From assembly GCA_031416075.1 (NCBI GenBank), contig JANOSY010000087.1:22977-86976 (forward strand): DNA of 64,000 nucleotides, written 5' to 3'. The first letter of the stretch is position 1. Every line of letters starts with the position of its first letter. The notes below the pieces were generated by a model. The model worked only from the letters and a program-made list of their open reading frames with translations. It made no database searches and was not told the origin of the DNA. Below are positions 47,714 through 58,643 of this stretch, piece by piece. A program made the translations under genes and the position numbers. This DNA comes from Candidatus Tenderia sp. GTDB lineage: Bacteria > Pseudomonadota > Gammaproteobacteria > Tenderiales > Tenderiaceae.

Positions 47714-49252
47714 ATGCAGTCGCTTCCCATATTGCAACGTTATAGCGTCGGCTGGCGTGCTGACCTGTTGGCGTTGCTGGCCGGTGCGGCCACGCCATTG
47801 GCATTTGCACCACTGGGGTGGTGGCCGGTGGCAATTTTTGGTATTGCGCTGCTGTTTGCGCTCTGGCTCTTTGCCGATGTGCGGGGTGCCTGTCGTCGTG
47901 GCGCGCTGTTTGGTGTCGGTTTTTTTGGTGTGGGTGTTAGTTGGGTTTTTGTCAGCATCTACTATCACGGTTTCGTTAGCCTGCCGCTGTCGCTGTTCCT
48001 GACGCTGTTGCTGGTACTGGTGATGGCGCTCTTTCCAACGCTGTTGGGTTATCTGATTGCCCGCTTTTTCCCACCCCGCTTTGAAAAACGTTACACCCGG
48101 ATTAAGTTGTTGTTGGTGATGCCTGCCGCCTGGGTCTTGGTGGAGTGGGTACGTGGCTGGTTTATGACTGGGTTTCCCTGGATCAGCCTCGGTTACAGTC
48201 AGACCGATACGCTGTTGGCAGGGTGGGCGGCATGGATAGGTGTGTTTGGTCTCTCCTGGCTTGTGGCGCTGAATGGGGCGCTGCTGGTGGCGCTGCTGCT
48301 CGACCGGGATTGGCGTCGCTATTACGGTTTGGCATTGATTGTTATATGGGCGTTGGCGTGGCCGATGCAGAAGGGTTACTGGACTGTGCCGGAGGGTGCG
48401 CCGATTAAGGTGGCGCTGCTGCAGGGGAATGTATCGCAGGATGTGAAGTGGAGCCCCGAGAGCCGCCTTTCGACCATCGAACTCTATACTGAGTTGACCC
48501 GGCAGCACTGGGATGCCGACCTGATTATCTGGCCGGAGACGGCACTGCCGGCCTTCTATCATGAGGTCAGACCATTCCTCGATGATCTGGAACAGGAGGC
48601 GGACCAGCATGATACGGACCTGTTGATCGGTCTGCTCAACTATGAAGAAAAAGGGGGGCGCTACTACAACACCATGCTCAGCCTGGGGTCGGGCACTGAG
48701 CGGGGCATGTACCATAAAAACCATCTAGTGCCCTTTACCGAGTATCTCCCGATGAAGTGGCTGCTGGGTGGTGTTGTCGATTTTATGCAGGTGCCGATGT
48801 CCGACTTCAGTCGCGGAGGGGCCGAGCAGATGCCGCTGCGGGTAGCGGGACAGCGTGCCGGTATCGCTATCTGCTTTGAGGATGCGTTTGGCGAAGAGAT
48901 GATTCGTGCCCTGCCGGAGGCGACCTTTTTGGTGAATGTCAGTAACGATGCCTGGTTTGATGATAGCTGGGCACCGCCACAACATCTGCAGATGGCACGG
49001 ATGCGGGCGTTGGAGACTGAACGGCCGATGTTACGAGGTACCAATACTGGGATTACGGCGGTGATCGATGCCAAGGGGCAATTTTTGGCACGGGTGCCAC
49101 AATTTGAGATTGCTGTGGCTAGCGCCACGATTCAGCCACGTAGTGGTATGACCCTCTATGCGATGACGGGCAACTGGCTGATTGTGACGCTGCTGTCTAT
49201 TTTGCTGGGGGTTGCCTGGCGATTAGGGTGCCGTCGTCAGATCGTCGTATAA
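47714..49252 (+). CDS. lnt: Apolipoprotein N-acyltransferase
   Basis: GFPW, IWPETA, KNHLVPFTEY, ICFE, SNDAWF. Confidence 0.96.
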   Translation: MQSLPILQRYSVGWRADLLALLAGAATPLAFAPLGWWPVAIFGIALLFALWLFADVRGACRRGALFGVGFFGVGVSWVFVSIYYHGFVSLPLSLFLTLLLVLVMALFPTLLGYLIARFFPPRFEKRYTRIKLLLVMPAAWVLVEWVRGWFMTGFPWISLGYSQTDTLLAGWAAWIGVFGLSWLVALNGALLVALLLDRDWRRYYGLALIVIWALAWPMQKGYWTVPEGAPIKVALLQGNVSQDVKWSPESRLSTIELYTELTRQHWDADLIIWPETALPAFYHEVRPFLDDLEQEADQHDTDLLIGLLNYEEKGGRYYNTMLSLGSGTERGMYHKNHLVPFTEYLPMKWLLGGVVDFMQVPMSDFSRGGAEQMPLRVAGQRAGIAICFEDAFGEEMIRALPEATFLVNVSNDAWFDDSWAPPQHLQMARMRALETERPMLRGTNTGITAVIDAKGQFLARVPQFEIAVASATIQPRSGMTLYAMTGNWLIVTLLSILLGVAWRLGCRRQIVV

Positions 49253-49351
49253 TCCAAAAAAGCGGCCGGGTCGTCTTGTGGTGACTGGGCTTTGTGCAGG
49301 ATGGTGGCGATAACCCTAAGAGAGGGTTGACAGGTATATCTGGAGTCCAGA

Positions 49352-51076
49352 TTGACGATATGTATCCAGCAGATAAGTAATACTATATTGGCCACCGCTG
49401 TTCTGGTGGTGATGTTGTATTGTGCGCCGCTTCAGGCGCGGTTGACCCTGGCCCCCAATGCTGACGGTTATCAGCTGATAGACTCTGCCGAGCTGAATGG
49501 CCCGTCATTCAGTTTTATTGATATCAGCCAGACAGGCCAGCGGTTGACCCTGTCTGATGATGGTAGCGAAGAGATCCGTTTTGGTTTTGGTTTTGAGTTT
49601 TACGGCAAGACCTACTATACCGCCCATGTCTCTGCCAACGGCTATATCTCTTTTGGTAACAGTGATAACAACTATAACCCGTCAGGGCTGGCGATTCCTC
49701 AACCTGCAGGCACGCCGGGCTGGCAGACGCCCCCCTTTATTGCCCCGTGGTTTGATGATCTAAATCCCTCTGCTGGCGGGGCTGTCTACTGGATGGTGCA
49801 GGGCACGGCCCCCAACCGGCGGGTGATTGTCCATTGGCGGGCTGTTCATCGTGATGATCCGACGGCAATATTCGAGTTTCAGGCAATCCTCTATCAGGGC
49901 AGTAATCGGGTGCTGTTTCAGTATAAACAGACCACTTCTACCAACATTGCCTTGAGTCAGGGTGCCAGTGCGACGGCGGGGATTCAGGCGGATGATACCC
50001 GGGGTATGAGTTACTCGGCGAGCCAGCCGCTGCTGACAAACGGCTTGGCGATTGGGTTGGCCCCGATCAATTCTGGCTATATTGGTATAGTCTCTGGCCC
50101 GCAGCAGCAGAGTGGCAGCTTGGGTCAGGTGGTGAGTTATCAAGTTGAGGTGATCAACGGCAAGAGTGTTGCCACTGATTTTACTGTGGAGCTGCTGCCA
50201 GGGAGTTCATGGAAGGTGGAGGCCCCCACCAAGACCGGTAAAATTGAGCCAAAGCAGTCAAAAACGATCACCGTTAATGTGGTTGTGCCGACAACAGCCC
50301 CCTCCTCAGGTGATGAGATTGTCGGTTTCAGGGTGATTGATAAGGCGGCCCCGGTGGCGACAGGCGGTACAAGTGGTGAGACGAGCGAAAGCACCACGAC
50401 TGCAAATAATGAGGAGAACGCCCCTGCCGTTGCGAAGCCTAAGGAGACCCAATCATATTTTGTGTTAAGAACCGGCTGTCTCCCTGCCCCCTGTTTTGAA
50501 ATGGATAGTGATGGTGATGGTGTTGCCGATAGTCGTGAAGCGGCGAGCAGTGTTGCTAATGCCAGCAAGATTGATGGGTTTTCGGTGCTGTCTGGGGCAT
50601 CCATGAATATTGAGGTGACGGATGGGACCCTGTTTGGATTTAAGAACGATGTTGTTCCACCAAAAGGGCCAGCAACAGTGGCGTTTGCGGCGGGGCTGTT
50701 TAATTATCGGGTACTTCCGTCCAAAATTGCAGGAAGTGTTGTGGTAAGAGTGACACCAACCGTTGCCTGGTCCGATCGGCTGCTGCTGTATAAGGTTGAT
50801 AGTGCTGGTAAATATACCAAGATTGATGAAAAGAAATGGATTAGGGTTGAAAATAGTAATGCTATTGAGTTGGCCTTGGTGGATGGTGGTGAGACTGATG
50901 AGGATGGTGTGGCCAACGGCGTGATCGTTGATGGATTGGCCATTGGTTTGACGGTTGACCCGGTGGCCAAAAGTGATGGCTTTGGCTCTGGCGGTGCGTT
51001 TTATGAAGAGCTATTTTTCCTGATGTTGCTGGCAGGAGTGAGATACCGTCGGTGGCGTTTGCATCGCGGTTTTTGA
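49352..51076 (+). CDS. Secreted surface protein: nidogen-like N-domain, Ig-like domain, choice-of-anchor U-like domain, GlyGly-CTERM-like tail
   Basis: FEFYG, VSANGYISF, IAPWFDDL; DSDGDG; LVDGG..D.DG.ANGVIVD; GSGG + hydrophobic stretch + RYRR; start uncertain. Confidence 0.7.
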   Translation: MTICIQQISNTILATAVLVVMLYCAPLQARLTLAPNADGYQLIDSAELNGPSFSFIDISQTGQRLTLSDDGSEEIRFGFGFEFYGKTYYTAHVSANGYISFGNSDNNYNPSGLAIPQPAGTPGWQTPPFIAPWFDDLNPSAGGAVYWMVQGTAPNRRVIVHWRAVHRDDPTAIFEFQAILYQGSNRVLFQYKQTTSTNIALSQGASATAGIQADDTRGMSYSASQPLLTNGLAIGLAPINSGYIGIVSGPQQQSGSLGQVVSYQVEVINGKSVATDFTVELLPGSSWKVEAPTKTGKIEPKQSKTITVNVVVPTTAPSSGDEIVGFRVIDKAAPVATGGTSGETSESTTTANNEENAPAVAKPKETQSYFVLRTGCLPAPCFEMDSDGDGVADSREAASSVANASKIDGFSVLSGASMNIEVTDGTLFGFKNDVVPPKGPATVAFAAGLFNYRVLPSKIAGSVVVRVTPTVAWSDRLLLYKVDSAGKYTKIDEKKWIRVENSNAIELALVDGGETDEDGVANGVIVDGLAIGLTVDPVAKSDGFGSGGAFYEELFFLMLLAGVRYRRWRLHRGF

Positions 51077-51083
51077 TTTTGTT

Positions 51084-52505
51084 CTACTCCACGGGATCCC
51101 AGAGTTTGCGTTTCCTGTAAATAGTGGAAGGGTTTATATCCAGCAGCTCTGCGGCACGGTTAATATTGCCGTCGCAGTGTTGGATGGCGCTTTCAATTGT
51201 ATTCATCTCCACTTGCCAGAGCGGTATGATATTACTCTCAAGTGGGGCGTTGTGATGCCCCTCTGTGTTGTTGTGGGGCTCTTCACTGGTGGGTTGCTGC
51301 AGGTCGGGACTGCTCTCTCTTAATAGAGGTGGCAACATTGCCGGGGTTACTATGTTGCCATTGTGTAGTACTACAATATTGCGAATGGTGTTTTGGAGCT
51401 CGCGGATATTCCCTGGCCACGGGTAGTTCTGTAGGGTCTGTTCGACACTGCTGGAGAAACGCCTGAACTCCTTGCCCTCTTCTAGCGTGAACTGCTCAAG
51501 GAACTCTTCGGCAATTAGCCGTATATCACTACCCCGGGTTCGTAATGGTGGTAACTCGATGGGGATAACGTGCAGGCGGTAGAAAAGATCTTCACGAAAC
51601 AGTCCCCGCTTGACCTGTTGTTGTGGGTTTTTGTTAGTGGCACAGATGAACCGGATATCGACACTCTCCTCCTGTTTCCCGCCAACCCTTTGAAATCGTT
51701 GGCTCTGAAAAAAGCGCAGCAGTTTACTCTGCAGATCAAGATCCATCTCACATATTTCATCGAGAAAAAGGGTGCCACCGTTGGCACGGCTGGCGGCACC
51801 ATCGCGGTCTTGATTTGCGCCTGTAAAAGCCCCTTTTACGTGGCCAAAGATTTCGCTCTCCATCAGTTCACGGGGAATGGCTGCACAGTTTAATGCGATA
51901 AAGGGGGCGTCACAGCGTGGACTATGGTGGTGTAACGCTTCGGCACACAGCTCTTTACCTGTGCCACTTTCACCCGTGATGAACACAGTAGCTTTGCTTG
52001 GTGCCGCACTCTCTATTATGTGAAAAAGGTTATGCATCGGCAGCGATGAGCCAATCATGTTATGAAAATGGTCGCGTTTAAAGTTTTTTTCGTAATTATG
52101 CAGGGTGGCAGTAAGTTGTAGATGTTTTAATGTGTTATCAAGTGTCACCCTTAATCGTTCCAGAGTTATGGGCTTTTCGATAAAGTCGTAGGCTCCGTGG
52201 CGCATGGCCTGAATAGCCAGCTCGGTGCTGCTCTGGCTGGTGATGGCAATAATGGTGCTGTCTATGTTGTGGTTGCGGAACTGTTTGAGCAGATCAATGC
52301 CGTTAATGTCGGGCAGATAAATGTCTAACAATATCACTTGAAAATGCTGTTGAAGAATAACTGTTTTGGCGGTCTCTCCATCTTTTGCGATGACAGCGTG
52401 CCACCCCGCAGCGTTTGCGAGCTGCAGCATATATTGTGCTTGCAGCGGATCATCTTCAATGATCAGCAACTGATGTGGGTATGTTGAGGGTGGTTCATTT
52501 TTCAT
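51084..52505 (-). CDS. luxO: LuxO-like sigma54-dependent response regulator
   Basis: REC (LLDIYLPD), SKATVFITGESGTGKELCAEA, GAFTGA, DEICEMDLDLQSKLLRF, IIPLW..E..IE.AI..CDGNI.RAA..L..PSTIYRK. Confidence 0.85.
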   Translation of the reverse strand: MKNEPPSTYPHQLLIIEDDPLQAQYMLQLANAAGWHAVIAKDGETAKTVILQQHFQVILLDIYLPDINGIDLLKQFRNHNIDSTIIAITSQSSTELAIQAMRHGAYDFIEKPITLERLRVTLDNTLKHLQLTATLHNYEKNFKRDHFHNMIGSSLPMHNLFHIIESAAPSKATVFITGESGTGKELCAEALHHHSPRCDAPFIALNCAAIPRELMESEIFGHVKGAFTGANQDRDGAASRANGGTLFLDEICEMDLDLQSKLLRFFQSQRFQRVGGKQEESVDIRFICATNKNPQQQVKRGLFREDLFYRLHVIPIELPPLRTRGSDIRLIAEEFLEQFTLEEGKEFRRFSSSVEQTLQNYPWPGNIRELQNTIRNIVVLHNGNIVTPAMLPPLLRESSPDLQQPTSEEPHNNTEGHHNAPLESNIIPLWQVEMNTIESAIQHCDGNINRAAELLDINPSTIYRKRKLWDPVE

Positions 52506-52550
52506 GTCGCTATCGTCGCATTTCTCTGTCCACTGTTCCAGTAGCTATTT

Positions 52551-52600
52551 ATGTAAATTGCAATACTTCCAACTGTTTTTTGCAAAACTTTCTGAAATTG
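52551..52600. promoter_or_regulatory. Candidate activator-binding (UAS) boxes
   Basis: ATGTAAATTGCAA and further TTGCA/TTGCG half-sites, resembling the LuxO box TTGCA-W3-TGCAA. Confidence 0.4.
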
Positions 52601-52675
52601 CGTCGCTCTTCCAGAGAGTTATGCACGAAATTAATTCGTCCTAATATTTTGTGGTTAATGCATAACTATTTTTTA

Positions 52676-52688
52676 AAACAATGGGTTG
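52676..52688 (+). promoter_or_regulatory. Putative IHF site
   Basis: AAACAATGGGTTG versus WATCAANNNNTTR (1 mismatch), with upstream A/T tract. Confidence 0.5.
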
Positions 52689-52716
52689 CGAGATATGATT
52701 TGAGTTTTTAAGAGTC

Positions 52717-52732
52717 TGGCGTGATAGCTGCA
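52717..52732 (+). promoter_or_regulatory. sigma54 -24/-12 promoter
   Basis: TGGCGTGATAGCTGCA with GG-N10-GC spacing, about 43 nt before ATG 52775. Confidence 0.65.
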
Positions 52733-52774
52733 CTGTTGGAAATAGATGTTGTTGCTATTTTTAGGGGTCAGGTT

Positions 52775-54967
52775 ATGGGTAATGAGATTTTATTTATAGC
52801 AGGAGGTTTGTTGGTTTTTGTTCTAGCTGTTGTTGCTATGTTATCAACGTATCGTATGTATATGAAGGTTAAAACTCAAAACAGTGCTTTATTGAGATTG
52901 CAAAAAAACACTCACATGGGTAGTTGGGAGTGGAATGTTATTAGCCAAAAACTTTGGTGGTCTGATGAAGCCTACCGGATCTTTGGATACATTCCGCAGC
53001 AGTTCATAATTACCGATGAGGCGAAGTATGGTTGTTTGCACAGAGATGACCATTTTAAAGTTAAAGATAAAATAGCATCTGTTTTAACAGGTGACAGTAA
53101 TGTCTATGAGATAGAGTATCGCATCATACGTGTGGACGGATCCGAGCGGTTGATGATGGAGTGTGGCGAGATCATACGTGATAATAACGGTTCTCCATTG
53201 CAATTGATGGGCACATTTCATGATGTGACTGATTGTCGTCGGGCGACTGATAAACAGTCTCTCTTTGAGAATGTCTTTAAGGAGAGTGGTGAGGCAATTG
53301 TGATTACCGCAGTGAATGGTGAAATCATTGAAGTGAATGATGCATTTACACGTATTACTGGATATGAGCGGGAGGCGGTGGTGGGGCGTTATCCCAGCTT
53401 TTTGAAATCAGACCAGCATAGTGATGAGTTTTACGTTCAGTTGTGGCAGAAAATTGAGCTTGCGGGGTGCTGGAGTGGTGAAATTTGGGAGCGGCGTAAA
53501 GATGGTGTTGTCTTTCCTAAGGCGTTGACTATTAGAGCGGTGAAAAACGGTTTTGACAGAGTGAGCCATTATATTGGTGTGTTTAGTGATATTACCCAAT
53601 CTAAATTAATTGAGAAACAGTTACAAAAACTGGCCTTTTATGATGAGTTGACCAGCTTGCCTAATCGTACGTTGTGTAAAGACCGGTTAAATCACGAGAT
53701 CAAGGTAGCCCATCGTCGTCACGAGCAATTGGCAGTTCTGTTTTTAGATCTTGATCGGTTTAAATATGTGAATGATACACTCGGTCACTCTGTGGGTGAT
53801 CTGTTACTGCTCGAAGCGGCACATCGTATATTAGGGTGTGTTAGAGAGACCGATACTGTTGCTCGTCTGGGTGGCGACGAGTTTATGGTGATATTGACAG
53901 ACGTGGCGTCAGCGCAGTCAGTGAAGTTAATTGCGGAAAAAATAATTAGGGCGCTTTCTCAGCGGTTCATATTGCAAACACATAAGGTGGTTGTCGGTGC
54001 GAGTATTGGCATTAGTCTTTATCCTGACAGTGGCCTCAATTGTGAGGATCTGATTAAAAATGCTGATGCCGCGATGTATCGAGCTAAAGATGCTGGGCGG
54101 AATACTTTTATGTTTTTTACAAGTGAGCTTCAGATGGCGATGTCTGAACGTCTTGATATGGAGAAAAAGCTGCGTAATGCAATAGAGATTGAGGCGTTTG
54201 AGCTTTATTATCAGCCAAAGATTGATCTGCGTAGCGGAAAAATTAGTGGTGTTGAAGCGTTATTGCGTTGGCCCGGTGAGGATGGTGTGATGGTGCTGCC
54301 TGGAAGTTTTATTCCCTTGGCAGAAGAGACGGGATTGATCATTCCGTTGGGGGCGTGGGTGTTGCAGGAGGCGTGCCGCCAGGCGGTGATCTGGCGCGAT
54401 GCGGGATTTGATAAGTTACGAATGGCGGTTAATCTTTCGATTAAACAGTTTGATCAGGCGGATATCGTGAATCAAATTGAGACAGTCCTGCAGAAAACAG
54501 GGTTGCCACCAGAGCTACTGGAGCTGGAGGTGACAGAGAGCATGGTGATGAGGGATGCGGATCGGGCGATTGTGATACTGGAGCACCTGCGTAAGTTGGG
54601 TGTACACATCTCGGTTGATGACTTTGGTACCGGTTATTCATCACTCTCTTACCTTAAACGCCTGCCGTTGCAGACGCTTAAAATTGACAGCTCGTTTGTG
54701 AAAGACCTTGGTGGAGATGGTGATGATGAGGCGATAGTATCGGCCATTATTTCCATGGCCAATACATTGGGGCTGAAAGTGGTGGCAGAGGGGGTGGAGA
54801 CCTTTCAGCAGCTTGAGTTCCTGCGTCGTGATGGTTGCAGCGAAGCGCAAGGGTATCTGTTTAGCTGCCCGGTTTCCGCAGAGCGGTTTGCCGCGCTGCT
54901 TGATATAGACAGGCTTGTTGTGGCACGTAGACCGATGGTTGATTTAACGTCTGGTATCAGGTGTTAG
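52775..54967 (+). CDS. Membrane-anchored PAS-PAS-GGDEF-EAL protein
   Basis: One TM; PAS (GSWEW, VNDAF..ITGY); intact GGDEF; EALLRW; [10 protein letters not shown]; SD AGGGG. Confidence 0.93.
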   Translation: MGNEILFIAGGLLVFVLAVVAMLSTYRMYMKVKTQNSALLRLQKNTHMGSWEWNVISQKLWWSDEAYRIFGYIPQQFIITDEAKYGCLHRDDHFKVKDKIASVLTGDSNVYEIEYRIIRVDGSERLMMECGEIIRDNNGSPLQLMGTFHDVTDCRRATDKQSLFENVFKESGEAIVITAVNGEIIEVNDAFTRITGYEREAVVGRYPSFLKSDQHSDEFYVQLWQKIELAGCWSGEIWERRKDGVVFPKALTIRAVKNGFDRVSHYIGVFSDITQSKLIEKQLQKLAFYDELTSLPNRTLCKDRLNHEIKVAHRRHEQLAVLFLDLDRFKYVNDTLGHSVGDLLLLEAAHRILGCVRETDTVARLGGDEFMVILTDVASAQSVKLIAEKIIRALSQRFILQTHKVVVGASIGISLYPDSGLNCEDLIKNADAAMYRAKDAGRNTFMFFTSELQMAMSERLDMEKKLRNAIEIEAFELYYQPKIDLRSGKISGVEALLRWPGEDGVMVLPGSFIPLAEETGLIIPLGAWVLQEACRQAVIWRDAGFDKLRMAVNLSIKQFDQADIVNQIETVLQKTGLPPELLELEVTESMVMRDADRAIVILEHLRKLGVHISVDDFGTGYSSLSYLKRLPLQTLKIDSSFVKDLGGDGDDEAIVSAIISMANTLGLKVVAEGVETFQQLEFLRRDGCSEAQGYLFSCPVSAERFAALLDIDRLVVARRPMVDLTSGIRC

Positions 54968-55805
54968 CGATAAAGCTGTAGAGCAGTTCAATCTCTTTAT
55001 CCCATATATCGGAATCGATAGTCTCCAGCACCAGCGGCATATCCTCCAGGCGTGGATCGTTGGCGATGTAACGAAAGGTATCTAATCCAATTTCACCTTT
55101 GCCGAGGCTGTGGTGGCGATCGACACGGCTGCCAAGTTTCGGTTTTGAGTCATTAATGTGCATCGCTTTTAGGTACTTGAAACCGACAATACGTTCAAAT
55201 TCCGCCATGGTTTCATCATAGGTTTTACGATCACGCAGATCGTAACCTGCCGCAAAGGTGTGGCAGGTATCAAGACATATGCCGATACGTGATTTATCCT
55301 CCACCTTGTCGATAATGTGGGCCAGATGTTCAAACCGGTGGCCAAGATTGGTCCCTTGCCCCGCTGTATTTTCGACTACTGCGGTTACCCCTTCAGTGCA
55401 ACTTAACGCATGGTTAATGGAATCTGCAATCAGATTGAGCGAGGCCTCCTCGTCAATCTGATTGAGATGGCTGCCAGGGTGAAAGTTGAGATAGCAGAGC
55501 CCCAGCTGTTGGCAGCGCTCCAGCTCATCGATAAAGGCGCGTAGCGATTTTTCACGGGCCTCCACTTCTGGATGGCCAAGATTGATCAGGTAGCTATCAT
55601 GAGGTAAAACATCCTGTACTCTAAAGCCACCTTTTTTCATGTTTTCTTTAAATGCAGCAATGCTGGCATCCGTTAATGGCTTGGCTGCCCATTGACGCTG
55701 ATTTTTGGTGAAAAGGGCGAATGCCTTGGCACCGATAGCGATGGCATTAAGAGGGGCGTTTTCAACACCGCCGCTGGCACTGACGTGGGCACCGAAGTAT
55801 TTCAT
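54957..55805 (-). CDS. nfo: Endonuclease IV
   Basis: [47 protein letters not shown]. Confidence 0.97.
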   Translation of the reverse strand: MKYFGAHVSASGGVENAPLNAIAIGAKAFALFTKNQRQWAAKPLTDASIAAFKENMKKGGFRVQDVLPHDSYLINLGHPEVEAREKSLRAFIDELERCQQLGLCYLNFHPGSHLNQIDEEASLNLIADSINHALSCTEGVTAVVENTAGQGTNLGHRFEHLAHIIDKVEDKSRIGICLDTCHTFAAGYDLRDRKTYDETMAEFERIVGFKYLKAMHINDSKPKLGSRVDRHHSLGKGEIGLDTFRYIANDPRLEDMPLVLETIDSDIWDKEIELLYSFIANT

Positions 55806-55926
55806 CGTTTTAGAACCTATTAATCAACATGGTTGAGCGGCCATTGTAAAACAAAGCGTCATGCGCTTCACTTTATTCTGTAACAGAGTGTAGAGTAGAG
55901 TGATCCCCTATATGGATTCTGGTGTT

Positions 55927-57102
55927 ATGACAGATCAAGCCATTGTTGTATTCAATTCCGGCTCATCCAGCCTTAAGTTTGCACTTTATCGACTCGGCAA
56001 TGGGGGCGCGCGCTCCTGTATCTGCCGTGGTCAAGTTGCAGCTATCTCAACAAGAAGCCATTTTTACATCCGTGATGCGACGGGTGCTGTGATATTGGAG
56101 GAGGTGGACACTGTTCCCGACCATGCCACCGCGCTGAAGCGGTTGTTGCAATGGATTGATGATCAACAGTTAGGTGTGAATCTACAGGCGGCAGCTCACC
56201 GTGTGGTGCATGGAGGTGTGGACTTTCTCGCGCCAGTATTAGTGGATGATCGGGTGCTTCAGCAATTAAAACGGCTGATTTCATTTGCGCCGTTGCACCA
56301 GCCACACAATCTTTATGCTATTGATGAATTACGGGCATTGCGGCCCGACTTGCCACAGATAGCCTGTTTTGATACCAGCTTTCATCGTGCCATGCCTATG
56401 GAGGCGCAACGTTATGCGTTGCCGCAGGAGTTTTTTGATCAGGGTGTGCGTGCATATGGGTTTCATGGGCTCTCTTATGAATATATCTTGAGTGTATTGC
56501 CCGACTATTTGGCGGAGCATGCCCGTGGACGTGTGATCGTTGCCCATCTTGGCAGTGGTGCCAGTATGTGTGCACTTCGTGAGGGCAAAAGTGTGGCAAC
56601 AACGATGGGGTTTTCGCCGCTTGATGGGTTGATCATGGGGACACGCTGTGGTGCGATTGATCCTGGCGCATTGCTCTATCTGTTGCGTCAGGGTATGAGT
56701 ATTGATGCGCTCGACGAGCTGTTATATCAACGCTCAGGCCTGCTTGGGCTCTCGGGCATTAGTGGTGATATGCAGACACTGCTGGCGAGTGAGAATGAGC
56801 AGGCAACATTGGCCGTAGAGCAGTTCTGTTACCGTGCTGCCCGCGAGGTAGGCTCTCTTGTTGCGGCGCTCTCGGGTCTTGATTCTATTGTTTTTACGGG
56901 TGGCATTGGCGAACACTCACCAGCTATTCGTGAGCGGATTTGTGAAAAGCTGCAGTGGCTCGGTGTGCAGTTATCGGATGATGTAAATTGTGGTAATGGG
57001 GCTTGCATCAGTACGGCAGAGAGTTCGGTATCGGTCTGGGTCATAGCAACGGATGAAGAGGAAATTATTGCCGGCCATGGCCAGAAACTGCTGTTTGCAT
57101 AA
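55927..57102 (+). CDS. ackA: Acetate kinase
   Basis: NSGSSSLKF, HRVVHGG, APLHQP, FDTSFH, YGFHGLS, HLGSGAS, FTGGIGE, TDEE. Confidence 0.95.
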   Translation: MTDQAIVVFNSGSSSLKFALYRLGNGGARSCICRGQVAAISTRSHFYIRDATGAVILEEVDTVPDHATALKRLLQWIDDQQLGVNLQAAAHRVVHGGVDFLAPVLVDDRVLQQLKRLISFAPLHQPHNLYAIDELRALRPDLPQIACFDTSFHRAMPMEAQRYALPQEFFDQGVRAYGFHGLSYEYILSVLPDYLAEHARGRVIVAHLGSGASMCALREGKSVATTMGFSPLDGLIMGTRCGAIDPGALLYLLRQGMSIDALDELLYQRSGLLGLSGISGDMQTLLASENEQATLAVEQFCYRAAREVGSLVAALSGLDSIVFTGGIGEHSPAIRERICEKLQWLGVQLSDDVNCGNGACISTAESSVSVWVIATDEEEIIAGHGQKLLFA

Positions 57103-57267
57103 TCGTCGTGAGTAAAACTGGTTGATTAATCAAAGCGATTTTAAATGTGGTTCGTTATTTTATGATGATTCACCATAGTCTCCTTAATGGCCTGTTGTTA
57201 CGTTATTAGTGAGATTGAGTGGTGAAATCAATTTATATTTTTATTAACAGTGGATGCAGGAGGTTTT

Positions 57268-57488
57268 GTGCTAACACCCCCGTTAAACAATACGCTTTCC
57301 AGTGAGTTGCTGACGAAGATGGATGGTTATTGGCGTGCTGCCAACTATCTTTCAGTGGGACAGATCTATCTGCTCGCCAATCCGCTATTGCGTGAACCGT
57401 TGGCATTGGAGCATGTTAAACCTCGTCTGTTGGATCATTGGGGCACAACACCAGGCTTAAACTTTATCTATGTACATCTTAATCGCGT
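57268..57488 (+). pseudogene. xfp: Truncated phosphoketolase (N-terminal about 70 aa only)
   Basis: [49 protein letters not shown], then similarity ends; full enzymes are about 790 aa. Confidence 0.92.
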
Positions 57489-57514
57489 CGCGGATTCAAC
57501 TCGTAAGTGCAACT
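57489..57514 (-). mobile_element. IS30-family terminal inverted repeat remnant
   Basis: CGCGGATTCAACTCGTAAGTGCAACT has the GATTCAA-N9-GCAAC pattern of IS30 ends; minus strand reads VALTS*, like the IS30 Tnp C-terminus; lies at the xfp breakpoint. Confidence 0.65.
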
Positions 57515-57597
57515 CATTGGTCAAGATAGAAGGGCAAGCGGCGGAATAGTTAACCGCCGGTTGAAAATTGTTCAATAAAAAATATTAGGGACTATGT

Positions 57598-58422
57598 ATG
57601 GTAAAAAAAGTGATTGATACTGAAGGTTACAATGCAGTATCCCAGTGGAAGTATGGTTATGTGGTCTACAATAAAAATGATCTTTATATTGGCAAGGCCG
57701 TTGAAAAGTATGGGGAGTTTTCTGAGTTTGAGGTTGACCTGTTTAAGCAGATTTGTCGCCCCGGCGATGTGGTGGTAGAGGTTGGTGCAAATATCGGTAC
57801 CCATACAGTTGCACTGTCAAATATTGTGGGTGAGCATGGCCTTGTATATGCGTTTGAACCGCAACCCATCATTTTTTATACGTTGTGTGCCAATGTGGCA
57901 ATTAACAGCTTAAACAATGTTCACTGTTTAAATCTGGCAGCAGGGGCGGCTGAGGGGTTTGTTCTTATTCCCAATATTAATTATGAAGAGCCTGGCAATT
58001 ATGGATCTATTGAGGTGGATAAATTTAAGAAAGGGAATCAGATTCGCAGGGTTCGTCTTGACAACCACATCACTGTGCCAAATTTGAGGCTGCTTAAAAT
58101 TGACGTTGAGGGAATGGAGAGTGAGGTGATTCGTGGTGCGAAAAAATTAATTTTACGTCATAAACCGGTTATCTATGTCGAGAATGATAGACCTGAAAAG
58201 TCGAGAGACTTGATAGAGCTTATCCGTTCGTTGGGTTATCGTATGTATTGGCACCAGCCGCTGCTTTATAATACGAATAATTTTTTTGGTGATAGCGAAA
58301 ATATATATCCCAATATAGTTTCTATTAATATGCTCTGCTTTCACAAAAGTGTGGATGTTAATCTGGATGGTTTTGTGGAGGTTGTGGATGCGGGGTTGCA
58401 CCCGATGGTGTCCCGGCCTTAA
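57598..58422 (+). CDS. FkbM-family methyltransferase (AT-rich)
   Basis: EVGANIGTHT, YAFEPQ, LLKIDVEGME. Confidence 0.9.
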   Translation: MVKKVIDTEGYNAVSQWKYGYVVYNKNDLYIGKAVEKYGEFSEFEVDLFKQICRPGDVVVEVGANIGTHTVALSNIVGEHGLVYAFEPQPIIFYTLCANVAINSLNNVHCLNLAAGAAEGFVLIPNINYEEPGNYGSIEVDKFKKGNQIRRVRLDNHITVPNLRLLKIDVEGMESEVIRGAKKLILRHKPVIYVENDRPEKSRDLIELIRSLGYRMYWHQPLLYNTNNFFGDSENIYPNIVSINMLCFHKSVDVNLDGFVEVVDAGLHPMVSRP

Positions 58423-58643
58423 GGGTTGTATACGCGGGGTTGAGAGTGTCTCAGCATTTATGTTGTTTTCCAAGATTTTGATTTTTATGGAATGAGGATT
58501 GCTGCTGTTGTATGTCATGGGCAGGACGGTCAGAAGTGAGTGTCGATCAGTCAGCGCTGGATTTGTGGCGGAGATTTTTGTGGAACGTACGGTACGTTGA
58601 TTTGAAGGAGGCTGGTGACAGCCTCCTGTTGTATTGGATCTGT

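Noticed and set aside
43666-48724. Long minus-strand ORFs (343-345 aa) opposite miaB, corC and lnt; likewise 9495-10394 and 12102-12908
   Set aside because: Antisense shadows of GC-rich genes with no recognisable motifs.
52506-52774. Qrr-like sRNA next to luxO
   Set aside because: No Qrr-like core or terminator is seen; the sigma54 motif leads directly to an SD and ATG.
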